Source of the DNA: Geosiphon pyriformis uo1
Taxonomy: Eukaryota; Fungi; Glomeromycota
Assembly (NCBI GenBank): GCA_016748015.1
Contig: JAAOMT010000577.1
Coordinates: forward strand, 62,001 to 126,000
Length of the DNA: 64,000 nucleotides
Direction of reading: 5' to 3'
In this document: positions 49,044 through 60,391 of the stretch, one piece after another
Layout: every line of letters starts with the position of its first letter
Position numbering within the stretch: the first letter of the stretch is position 1
Notes under the pieces: model-generated
Database searches by the model: none
What the model saw: the letters and a program-made list of their open reading frames with translations, nothing else
Told to the model about the DNA's origin: nothing
Translations under genes and position numbers: made by a program

Positions 49044-51545
49044 CATTGAGAAATAGCGGTTGTAGGGAGAATTTGTAAAATAATTATAAAGAGATTTTAG
49101 CGATCGAATACTTTTGTTGTAAAAATAATTGACTAAAACGAAAAATTTTCAATAAATTCAACTTCCAATCCTCGAAAAAACATTATCTGATAATCTAGCC
49201 AAAAAAATGATTGCAAATTTTATTTAGAATTAAATGAATTTTTTTTTAACCAGCGAATCCAGATGTATTTTAATCTTATTTTAAGCGTCATTTTTTTCTA
49301 TGAGCTACAGATGTCTGCGTTATTTTATTGTTTTGAAAGTGTATTAGTATAAGCCTGGGCGATGATTAATGAAAAATCAAAAACTGATGGATTAATTGTT
49401 GAACGAGCTTTGCGATGTTTAAAATAAACGAATGCCAAGCCTATCAAAAATAAATTCATTCAAGGTTTGGCTGATGTTGATTCTCACCATGGAGTTGGAA
49501 ATTTTCTAGATTCAAAAAATGGAGAAGCAGCAAAAATAGTCTAGGTGGTGTTATACAAATAATTGGAACCTCGATTAAAATCTTATTAAAGCTGAATTTC
49601 GAAATTGATCAACTACTCTTATCAGATTTCAAATTTAAAGGCTTTAAATAGCCTTTGTTTTAAGATTTGGCACCCATCGCTGACACCTGAATTCAAAAGA
49701 CACTTTTTAATAGCTTTAAGATTTGATTTTTTGACATTCCACCCTTATATGAAGCAAAGATTTAATTTTTCTGAAATTGATTTGAAGCGATAATTACCTT
49801 CATAAAGAAAGTATCAAAAGATTTGCTATAAATAGGATATATAATTTGATAGTTGGTTTTCCAGAGGCATTTAAATCGCGTATATGGCTCTGGGTTTTTT
49901 ATTTTCTTACTACTTAATAGAAAAATTGAAAACTTTAATAAATACCATATTCATATCCTCATTAGAGAAATATAATATTAATAAGCTTTGATCTCATATT
50001 TGGAATTATTTTCCAATAGTTAGATAAATTAAAAAGTTGCTACTAAATTTATCAATCTGGATTCGAAAAAAAACAAAAGATCATTAGTCAATAATTGAAC
50101 TTGAAATTAAATTGTGTTTTATTTCTTGGTTTTAAATTAAAATAGTTAGTAAATATCTAAATTTGCATACGATATGATTCATTAATTCTCTTACCAGTAA
50201 ACGTTGAACGGCAAAAAGATTTCAACAACACTTTAACGCGATTCCTTATTAGATTAACAAAAGAAAAAAGAAATTAAACATTGATTATTTGGGCATTTGG
50301 TTATTCAAACAAAAATCAAACAGCAGGTTATTCCAATTTTACAATTGTTTTTATATGAGCCCAATAATTACCTCGCATCAGAGTACATAAATTCATAAAA
50401 TAGGGAGGTTGGCGTTTTGATTTTTTAGTTTATTCAAGTATCAGTTTCTAAATTTAACGCTTTGTATATACCTGATGATTAAAATATAAAATTTTTAATA
50501 GATACACCTTATCTTAAAAAGTGTGATACAAGATATTTTAAAAGTTTCAGTATTAAAGAATTTTTAAATAATCTTAAATAATATAGTTTGTTTATTATCT
50601 TTGCCAGAAAATTTTTTTCCTAAATTTGAAGATTATATTTTGGCTGAAATTTTATCTTATTACCCAAAGCTTAAAGTAATTAAATTCCTATGCTGTCTGT
50701 AAAGCCAATTGAAATTTGAATTATAAAATGGATATGACATAACATTTGGCAAGTAAGCATATCATTTAGATTTTTGCTAATTTAAAAAGTCCAAGTAAAA
50801 TGGATCTTTATTGTTTTTTGAGTAATTCAAAATTTCTTTAAATATTCAGAACTTACTTTTTGATAAATTGAATTATAAACATATATCTCATTTTTGGGTA
50901 TTCCCGTTTTCTCAAATCAAATGAAATCTGTCTAGGTATCTAGTTTAGCTCTTCCATCTGGTTAAAGTGGTAATATTTGAAAAAGGAATCACAAATTGAA
51001 AAATTCTCTATCACAATTTAGGATTTGACTTTTTCTTGAAACAGTATTCAAGTCTTAATATTGAAGGTAAAACAAAACAAAGCAATTTGAAATTTTGACA
51101 ATACGAGGATAATATTTTTGCAAGTAAATTATTTTTAACATAAAAACAATACGAGTAAAACATTTATCTGTCAAATTTGTAATATTCTGTTCTAACTCCT
51201 TCACTGAACTAGTGTAATTAAGAGGATATTTTGTTTCATAAAAACCCGCAGGCAATGCATGTAAATTCATTTTTATCGAAAAATCGGCAAAGCAGCTCAT
51301 TTATTCAGGCTTCATTACTTTCCATATACATCCAGAATTGCGGGTGGCGCATGATAACAATTTCCAGTTGAGGAGTATTTTAACTAAAAATCTCAATTAG
51401 CGAAAAGCTGGATTACTAGAAAATTACAAAGTCAAAGACAAAAGTTTTATTCTATTATCTATAAAATTGATGATGATACTAAAGATTGGAATTTAAGAAA
51501 TCTTTTAAATATATAACTCCTTTTTTCCATAGTTGGATCTCAAAA

Positions 51546-52739
51546 ATGACATTCTTCAGACATTGCTTTCACTTTGACTGTTCTGTTTCATTTAAAATTA
51601 GAGTCAAACGTTCTAAAAATACTAAAATTCAAAAAAACAATTTAAAAAAATCTCAAGTAGCACCCAAAATAACACCAAAATTAACGAGAGAAATGCAATT
51701 CAGTGTATATTCTGGTGCCAAAAAAGTATTCCTAAAGATAAAAAATAGGATTGTTCCAGAATTTCATTTGACGATACCCTTGAATCACATATCAGCCCGA
51801 AATACTTGTTTTGCTCCTTACACATCTGCAAATAAAATTCCATTCACTGGTATATCGGAATTACAGAAAAAAATTTTAACGGACCTAATGGTGTACTTCA
51901 CAGACCTCACCTATATTACTGGAGAAGATGAAGACATAGCGAAACAAATAAAAACATGGATAATAAAACAACATGAAACCCACGAGAATATTTTCAATTT
52001 ATTACATTCACAAAGAACAATCGCACCTTGTGCATCCCTACTTGGAATCTTTCATAAATTTGGAATTGGGACTATACCAGATATAAACGCAGCTTTTGAA
52101 GCTTACCAAATTGCAGCAGATGGAGGTAGTTATGCTGGTCAATCACAAGTAGGATATTGTTATTACTATGGCCTTAGTGTTCAACAAAATGACGAGAAAT
52201 GCCATGAATATTTTCAAAAGTCTGCCGCTGGAGGGGATATTCATGGCAAGATCAATTACGCATTTTGCTTTGCCGATGGTGTCGGGCGATCAGTTGATAA
52301 AGAAATGGCATTTAAAATGTATCGAGAGTTGGCTGATATTAATTCACCTCTCGTTTTAAGACCTTTAGCCGATTTTTATCGAAATGGGTGGTGCGTTGGA
52401 ATAGATGAGAACTATGCCTTTGAACTTTACAAAAGATCAGCAGAGGGTGGAAATTGTTCTTCAAAAAATGATCTTGCTTTATCTTATATTGCTGGTAGAG
52501 GATGTGTACCAGATTTTTGCAAGGCTTATTATTGGTTTCGTATGGCAACGGAAAATGGATTTGAATCTGGGACATTTAATCTTGGATATTGCTATGAGAA
52601 AGGGTTTGGAGTGGTAAAAGACTTTCATGAAGCTATTCGAATGTATATCAGCAGTTTCAAAACTGTTCAACAAAGAAAATCGCGTGAAAATTCTTTTACA
52701 GCTTTGAGAACTATATTTCGGATAGAACAGAGAGCATGA
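51546..52739 (+). CDS. Sel1-like repeat protein with basic N-terminal extension
   Basis: LGIFHKFGIGT, GQSQVGYCYYYG, LADFYRNGWCV, FNLGYCYEKGFGV; close paralogue of the 60392 gene. Confidence 0.92.
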   Translation: MTFFRHCFHFDCSVSFKIRVKRSKNTKIQKNNLKKSQVAPKITPKLTREMQFSVYSGAKKVFLKIKNRIVPEFHLTIPLNHISARNTCFAPYTSANKIPFTGISELQKKILTDLMVYFTDLTYITGEDEDIAKQIKTWIIKQHETHENIFNLLHSQRTIAPCASLLGIFHKFGIGTIPDINAAFEAYQIAADGGSYAGQSQVGYCYYYGLSVQQNDEKCHEYFQKSAAGGDIHGKINYAFCFADGVGRSVDKEMAFKMYRELADINSPLVLRPLADFYRNGWCVGIDENYAFELYKRSAEGGNCSSKNDLALSYIAGRGCVPDFCKAYYWFRMATENGFESGTFNLGYCYEKGFGVVKDFHEAIRMYISSFKTVQQRKSRENSFTALRTIFRIEQRA

Positions 52740-53276
52740 AAATTTAGCCCTTTTCTATAAGCTTTGACCCGGAGTATTCTGTATAACCCAATAGCTTAAA
52801 GAGGGTCTGGCGCATTATAAAAATGATTTTAGAACATGGTCTCTCCTATTTTGTGTGTTGGAGTTACGAAAAAAACAATCAGGGGTATCAGAATCCTGAA
52901 TCTACGTTTATTATTCTTTTTAAAACCATCCTCAAAAAGAATTTAGCCTGGCCGAACTTTGAATGCAAACATTTTGGTTGAAATATCAGGTTAAGTATCA
53001 ACATTCTCAAAAATAAGTTAAGTTTCTTTGTGCACTGATTAAATCTGATGAGAACATTAGAGTTCCACAATTTTACGGTTTTAAAAAAGGCTTTCTTTTA
53101 CTTCATCGCAAAAATTCAGTTATTTTCGCTCAGTCTTGTCGTATAAATATGAAATGAATAAAAAAAGTTAAGGAAATTTTGAAAATTTTGATGTCTTATT
53201 TTCAAAATAACTTTTGGAACTCTCACCAAAAGATAGAAAAGGTATCCGTGATAACAGTAACCTTCAAACATCCAAT

Positions 53277-54596
53277 TTAAAATCGTAAAAGATAGTAAGC
53301 ACCATAATATTGAACGCGATAATGCTCACCACCAAAAAAAGCATTCAGGCCATCTAAAGCACTGAGATTTCCTAATTTCTCTGCTTTTCGATACAATTTA
53401 ACGGCCTCGTGCAAATCGGCTTGTGTCCCACATCCATGATGATGACAATAAGCAACATTATACAGACCACTCGAATTTCCTCCATTAGCCGATTTTTTAT
53501 ACCAATAAAATCCCAAAAGAGGATTCCGAGAAATAGCAACCCCGTACTGATAGCAATATCCAACTTCATTTTGTGCATAGTAATTCCCACCATCAGCCGC
53601 TTTCTTATACCAATCAAATGATAACTGAGTATTTATCTTACAACCAATTCCATTTCGAAGGCAAAATCCCAAATTCGATTCACCATCATGATTTCCCTGG
53701 TTGGCTGATATTTCATACCAATAAAAAGCTTTTGCTTCATCTTTCTCAACCCCTTTGCCCGATTGGTAGAGTCTTCCAAGTTGAATTTGTGATTCTGCAT
53801 TTCTCTTCAAGGCGGCCTTATGAAACCATTCAAAGGCTTTTTGATCATCTTTAGGCACACCGATTCCTTTCAGGTAACTATATCCCACGTTAAACATTCC
53901 ATACTCGTTTTCGTGTTCTGCTGATTGCATATACCAATAAAAAGCCTTTACATAATCTTGTTTTATTCCAACTTGATCTCGATAACATGTGCCAAGATTA
54001 CACGCACCTCCACTATCCCCTCCTTCAGCCGATTTCAAATACGATTGAAAAGCTTTTGTTTCGTCTTTTTTTGTTCCTATTCCATTTTCATAGCAATATC
54101 CCAACCACCCTAGACCACCAGCATACCCTGCATCAGCCGATTTCTTGAACCAATAGAATGCCAACTCATAATCTTGTTCAGTGCCCATTGCGTCGTGATA
54201 ACACCATCCAACTTGGTTAGCTGCCAATGAATCTTGCTGCGCATCCGCGGCAATATGATACCAGAAAAACATTTCCCGTTTGTTGATTTCGGTGCCGACT
54301 CCCCAACAGTATAAAAATGCTAGGAATGACGTATAACCAGGTCGAAATCGTTTGCTATATGTTTTTTCAAAAATTTGTTCGGCTTTATAATGCTGTGAAT
54401 TTATACGAGCTTTAATTTCCTTAATTATAGTTTCATCGTCATCATAATGTTTATTTCCTGCGTTAAAGATGTTTAGTAAGTCGTCTACCGCCTCTGTTAC
54501 GATTTGATCTTGCGTCTTGACATCGAGAACATGTTCAAATTCCTCCATCTCAACTTCCTGTATCGTCATTTCTGGGAATTTCTCTTGAGAATTCAT
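53277..54596 (-). CDS. Sel1-like repeat protein (~9 repeats)
   Basis: Regular 36-aa units, e.g. GLGWLGYCYENGIGTKKDETKAFQSYLKSAEGG and SQIQLGRLYQSGKGVEKDEAKAFYWYEISANQG. Confidence 0.95.
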   Translation of the reverse strand: MNSQEKFPEMTIQEVEMEEFEHVLDVKTQDQIVTEAVDDLLNIFNAGNKHYDDDETIIKEIKARINSQHYKAEQIFEKTYSKRFRPGYTSFLAFLYCWGVGTEINKREMFFWYHIAADAQQDSLAANQVGWCYHDAMGTEQDYELAFYWFKKSADAGYAGGLGWLGYCYENGIGTKKDETKAFQSYLKSAEGGDSGGACNLGTCYRDQVGIKQDYVKAFYWYMQSAEHENEYGMFNVGYSYLKGIGVPKDDQKAFEWFHKAALKRNAESQIQLGRLYQSGKGVEKDEAKAFYWYEISANQGNHDGESNLGFCLRNGIGCKINTQLSFDWYKKAADGGNYYAQNEVGYCYQYGVAISRNPLLGFYWYKKSANGGNSSGLYNVAYCHHHGCGTQADLHEAVKLYRKAEKLGNLSALDGLNAFFGGEHYRVQYYGAYYLLRF

Positions 54597-55202
54597 TCTT
54601 AATTTTGAGACCGTTTGCGTCTTCAACTTTACTTCCTCAATTGTTTGTCTTCTGGCTATGAAAATTTAAATTTTGATCAAAAAGAGGCGAAATTAATGAA
54701 AAATAAAAAAATGCAAAAAGTTTTTTGACAAGGATTGAATATTATCAAAGAATACGCCAATTTTGGTTAAGTATAACGCATTAAATTAAAGTGATACATG
54801 AAATTCGAACACAGCTCTACAAATTAACAATCCCTGCGCCTCAATGAAATTGTGTGTCATAATGTTTTGGGTTCACAAATGAGATTTTTATACTTATTGA
54901 TTATAGGATGTAAATGTAAATGTAAACATTGAGGCATAGCAATTCACCCATTGGCTGTAACAAGTTAGCAATTTTTCCATTTGAGGAAATTCTTTTTCCG
55001 AATTGAGTGAAAATCACCATGTATTAACTATTAACAATTACAAAAATTGTATCCCTGATCGAATTTGACTACAGCCAGGAGTTTGAAAATCTGATTCGAA
55101 ATACAAATGATTGAAGGTTTCTAATCTTAAATATTAATTCTATTTTACGCAGAAATTTTCTAAAAAAAGGACCGTATCAGGCTGATGTGAAAATGGAGGC
55201 TA

Positions 55203-56205
55203 TTACTTTTGGGGCTGTTTCATTTCCTACTTGAATTGATTTTCGATACCAGCGAATCGCCTCATGAATATCTTGAACCTTACCCCATCCATACCGGCAG
55301 CAATTTGCATAATTGTATAGACCGGAAATATCTTTTGATTCTGCAGATCTTTGAAACCAATGACGCGCTTTTAAAGGTTCTTTTTTAGTCCCGATTCCTG
55401 AAGAATGAAAGTTTTTAATGAGAGCTCCGAGCTAGCGAAACTTTTTTTCTGGTAAAAAAATTTTTTGCTTAAATTTACCCTCATGATAGCAATAACCGAC
55501 TAAATTTTTCCCCGTAGGATTTCCCCCATTCGCGGCTTGTTGATGCCAATATAAAGCTTTCATGGGATTACGAGTTGTACCAATCTCATCACGATAGCAA
55601 TCACCAAGATATAATTGTGCAAAAACGTCCCCGGCGAGAGCAGATTTTTCATACCAGAAGAAAGCTTTTTTCACATCCTGTTCAGTTCCCAGTCCTAGAT
55701 TCCAAGATTTGGGGTAATTGGAGGTTAGGTTTATACGGGAATATAAAAGAGTGACAATTTAAAACTTGCCTGTTTGATAAAAGTACCCAAGATTGCATTG
55801 TCCTCTGGCACAACCACCTTCCGCTGATTTCTTATACCATTCAAGAGCTTTCATCACGTCTTTCTCGCATCCTAATTGAGCATAATAGCACCAGCCAACT
55901 TGATTCTGAGCAAACGGATCATCTAAATCGACGGCAGCAGATTGATATAAAGTCAACGCGTGTGAATAAGAAATTTTGGTGCCGATTCCGTAAAAGTAGA
56001 AAGAGGCAAGTAGAGATTTATATGCACAGTTATAAGGCTCGTATTCAATCAGCAATTCGAAGGCTTCTTTAGGAGATAGATTATTGCGCTCAAGATATTT
56101 TTTGATCGCTTCTTGTACTTTTTCGTCGTTTTCAGCGTTTATGATGCAGGTATTGAAAATATAAAGAATAGCTGGCAGAGGTTTCATTGATATTGGTGTA
56201 GACAT
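55203..56205 (-). CDS. Sel1-like repeat protein (3 exons; intron 1 at 55695-55769 is GC-AG, intron 2 at 55398-55478 is GT-AG)
   Basis: Splicing gives LGYFYQTG/LGTEQDVKKAFFWY...VGYCYHEG/IGTKKEPLKARHWF...DIHEAIRWYRKS...QK*. Confidence 0.9.
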
Positions 56206-58049
56206 TATGATGAGATTTTGGTTAGTCGAAAAATTATTGGAAACTTTTAATAAATTGAAAAATGACGAAACTTATTGAGGGGAAGGGATATGAGTACTAG
56301 ATTTCTTTCAACTTATAAGCACCTTCGTCTGCACGTGAAAGGCCACGTTGAAAAAAACTCTGATTGATTTTTCTTTGTATTCTGACCCGTATCTCTTAAA
56401 AAATCATATATCTTATGCTTCATCTCGGGGGATTCGATTATTCTGGTAACAACGAAACTCTATTGTCTGTTTGGAAACAAATATAAGACGGTTTTTGAAC
56501 ATTTAGAACAAATTAAATTCCAAGTTTGTTCGTGATCGGCCTGCATCGAGGTCCAAGCAAATTGCTGTGATCTGTGACACAGCGTAAGGAGATCAGGCCA
56601 TCCATTGAAGGTTCGCGATGATTGGAGCATAGATGAGTCGCGAACTGCAAGAAGTTTGCATTATCAGATAAATTGAGAAATGGCTATTCAATTTCGGTTT
56701 GCCAAAGTTGGCAGAATCCGACGTGATGTTCCTGATAACCATATCAAAAAGAAAAAAGTGTGGTTTTTAGATTTGGCTATCGTGAATGGTGAAATTTTCA
56801 GTGAAAGCAAACAATCTCAAGTATGAACAAAAGGTATCTTCAGCTGCCAAGGTATTAGTCCATGTTTGTGATTGTATTATGGGTTAGCAAAAGTGTGAAT
56901 TTCAATTTACAATAAGATCTTTAAATTTCAAAGGACAACTAGAAAATATGGCTGTGTTGCCAGTATTAGAATCTGTCAATTTTTTCGCTAACAATGTGAC
57001 TCCAATAATAAGAATCCCAAAGTCACATTTGCATATAGTTTTCTAGAATTTTTTTTGGATCGGGTTACTAAAAATATCTGATTTCTAAACAGAAAACATT
57101 TGTGGAATCTTTGAAAAATTTAATCATATTTTACAATTAGCAAATAAGTTATTCTTTTTTCAGCCAAACTTTAATTAAATTTAAGTTTCATTGTAAAACC
57201 TTATTTTAAGTCAAGTCATATTATTGGACGTTTATTAAAAATTTTCCTAGAAAAATTACCCCTTATATGCCTTTGGTTAGATACCAAAAAACCATGCAAC
57301 TATTTTAGTTTCTAAAAAAAATTTTTGATGGGGCTTAGATTTTGACGTTAAGTCAATTATTGATAGTGAGTTTTTGCCATGCATTTCGTAAAAAGACAAT
57401 TATTTTAACACAAGAATAATTTTTTAGCTTGGTGGGTTCCCATTTTTCTTTTGATCGAACAATTTGCAATTAAAAGAACGGTTACGTCAGAATAACGCCA
57501 TAATCAAATAACCTTTGTAAATAGAGAATAGTGAGATAATAAAACAAATGAAAGTATTTGAACATATGGAATATTTGTTTTTTTTTGGTAGAAAAAATTA
57601 GAATGATTTCTCTGAAATTTTTCTGAATTTCTCCCAGAGGCTTTTATCTTCGGAACATCAATACACGAAGGACATAAACTGCGTGCAAGAATCATTGAAA
57701 GTAAACATCAGTTTTAAATCGAACGGTTTTTATATAGTGAAATTGAGCCCAAAATATCCAGACCTCAATTTTCTTGAGGATCAGCTTAAATTCTCTAATT
57801 CGGCTGATTGTTACAATATAAGAAAATAGAACGCCTGAGCTGCCTTTGGATTTTGATAAGTTTAAATGACCGTATCAACATTGCAATCTTGAACCATACT
57901 ATTCCTGAGGTATCACTTTTCTATTAGATTCTGCATCCTGGATTTCAAAAGAGGCTCTTGTTTTCAAATCCTATATTCAGCAAATCTTTTAGATAATAAT
58001 TTGTAGTCCACACTAAGCACTAGCTAAGACTACTATTTCCTACATGAGC

Positions 58050-59605
58050 TCAAGTAATGTCCCAAGAGTATCTCCTGAGCGTTATTTTCATCTCTGAGCA
58101 TTATTCTAGCCCATAATTCCGAGTTGTACACTTTAATGCTTTTTGTTATCACACCAGCCACAAGTTTTGGATGTATAAGCCATATTTTGGATGACAACAA
58201 GGGCTCCTAACTCAGGGCGTTGTCTATCAGATGTTGACGGGAAACGGTAATGCGTCCATAACATTTTGCGGAGTCTTTCTTGTCTTATGATTCATTATGT
58301 CTAACATTTCAAATGAAATGAAGAAGATTGTGTCAAACTCACGCGTGAAGAATATGACCACCTTTCTGTGGATTTTACTCTGCAGACGCACAATCCCTCG
58401 TAGTATGTGCGACTGTTTTGTTGAGTCGACAGGAGCTGCTTTGAAGTAGAGAAAGCCAGTCTGAAAGGAGGTTATCCATATATTTTTGTGCAGGCAAACA
58501 ATTCATCCGATGCACTAAAGCCTATCTTATCCACACCTTCAGATAAAAACTCTCAACTGAAACGTGTGCGAAACACCAGAATAGAGACTGGATAGATGGA
58601 GTTTTCCGCCCGGGTTTTGCGGACTTGTTATTGTGTCTCATAGACCAAGGAATGTTGTTTTGTCGAGAATAGGCAAGTTTACCGTCAGATTTAATCTTGC
58701 GCGACCGCCTATTCTTTTTACAAAAAAGGTAATTAAAAATTTAGTCATAGAAATTTTTTTCAAGAAACTAAAATTTTTCCTTGTCTCGACATGCATAAGC
58801 ATGCAACCTCAAGAATATGCCCAGACGGATAACCAAAAAATAATTTAAAAAGAGGACATTTTTGTTGAACTGTTATAGAATTGGCCATTTCTTTGCTATG
58901 ATATCATTTTGCTTCTTTAACAATATAATTCTTTGTGTTCCATCCACTACAGTATTAAAGGCAAATCTTGCGAAGTCCACCCGCCGCCTCAAGAGGTGCT
59001 TCTGGAACACCTTGAGCACCAATGTGTGGCTGAGAGCGTCATCGCTTTTTACATCATGCAATTTTGTTTGTTCTAATTTTCTCTTTTGTAGTTAGCTGCT
59101 TGTCGTCCTTTCATTCTGTAGATGAAGACAGTGTTGATGACAAAATATCTGCTTTCTTCGAGCAAGAGGATGCGACGTTGATACAATCTATTCAAAAAAT
59201 ACACATTACTTCGTGAACCATTAAGACCAGCATATTAATTATACATAAAGTTACATCTATATGCTTAGAAAAAATTCCGTTTTCTTGGCTAGCTTCTTAG
59301 AAAGCTTGTGCTCATCGAAGGTTTTATGGTCGAAGAGAACCACGAGTTTTGCAGAAGAGAGGGAGAAGATGTTGAGCAGTTATAACTTCTAAGATAATCG
59401 CGCGACTTGCTCCTTCCCATAAGGCCTCAAGTCTTGTTGGAAGTTGACACCCCGAGTGGATATTGCTAAGCCGCTTTTGTCACCAGAGATTCTCTTTTTG
59501 CTTGGCCACAGAGTCACAGAAGTAACCTTTCTTAATAGCGGGGGCAGTGATAATGGCTGGATTTGGAAGTTGGAGAAAAAGGTGATATCTATTGTCACGA
59601 TTTAA
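58050..59605 (-). mobile_element. IS607-like element, copy 4 (most diverged): TnpA plus Fanzor2/TnpB pseudogene
   Basis: AIKKGYFCDSVAKQKENL, SNIHSG/VNF, ILEVITAQ, KLVVLFDH, INTVFIYRMKGRQAANYKR (TnpA). Then LVLKVFQKHLLRRRVDFARFAFNTV, HRKVVIFFTREFDTIF, PELGALVVIQNMAYTSKTCGW, LRDENNAQEIL. Confidence 0.88.
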
Positions 59606-60391
59606 GTATAATTATTATTCTGATCCCAGTAAAAATATTTTGACTAACCTATAATAAAATTCAATTATTCTTATCCCAGTTCATTTTGTTGTTGATCCAA
59701 TGTTAAAGTTTAAAAAAAACACTGTAAATAATGAGATTCATAATTTAACAGAATGGAAACACCTCTGGTATATATTTGATATTTAAAATTGTATTTAAAA
59801 CTTTGGATATTAAGGTGGACAATGTATAAATCTTAATTTTAAGTGACCAGTTATTTCTTATCATTGAGATATTTTCGAATCAATGTTTTGATTACAAAAA
59901 TAAAAAAGATAAAGGATTTGAAAGAAAAGGCCTGTTCTTGTTATTGAATTGCTTTTCTTCATCCCAAAAATTGAAAGGTGTTAAGCCAAAGTTTTGATCG
60001 AATATTTATATCAAATACGGGCTTTTTAACTTGTACACTGAATAAATTTTTTTGAAACCAGTACCTTTATTATTATTATAACTATTTATTATTAAATAAA
60101 TAAGAAAAAATTATTAGTTGAAGGAATTGGCATTATATTTCTGTTGGCGAAGGTTTGTTTTGCAGAATTTGCTATTTCTAAAGAAGCTTTAGAATTCGTA
60201 TTGATAATTAAAAATTTCAGCAAATATCAGATGGGAGTTGGAATCAATTTTTTCGGTAATGACCAAGTTTCCCCAAATTTCAAAATCGAACTACTGGAAA
60301 TTGTGTGGGACTCAAATAAAATGAAGATATATCAAAAATTTTTTGATAATTATAGACTTGGAAAGCCATTTCTTTTGTTCTAACATTAAAA

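Noticed and set aside
19307-59605. Reading TGA as Trp (genetic code 4), implying the elements come from Mollicutes-related endobacteria and are intact
   Set aside because: Trp codons are also replaced by TAG, there are many frameshifts and deletions, and a probable spliceosomal intron is present; ordinary decay explains the stops.
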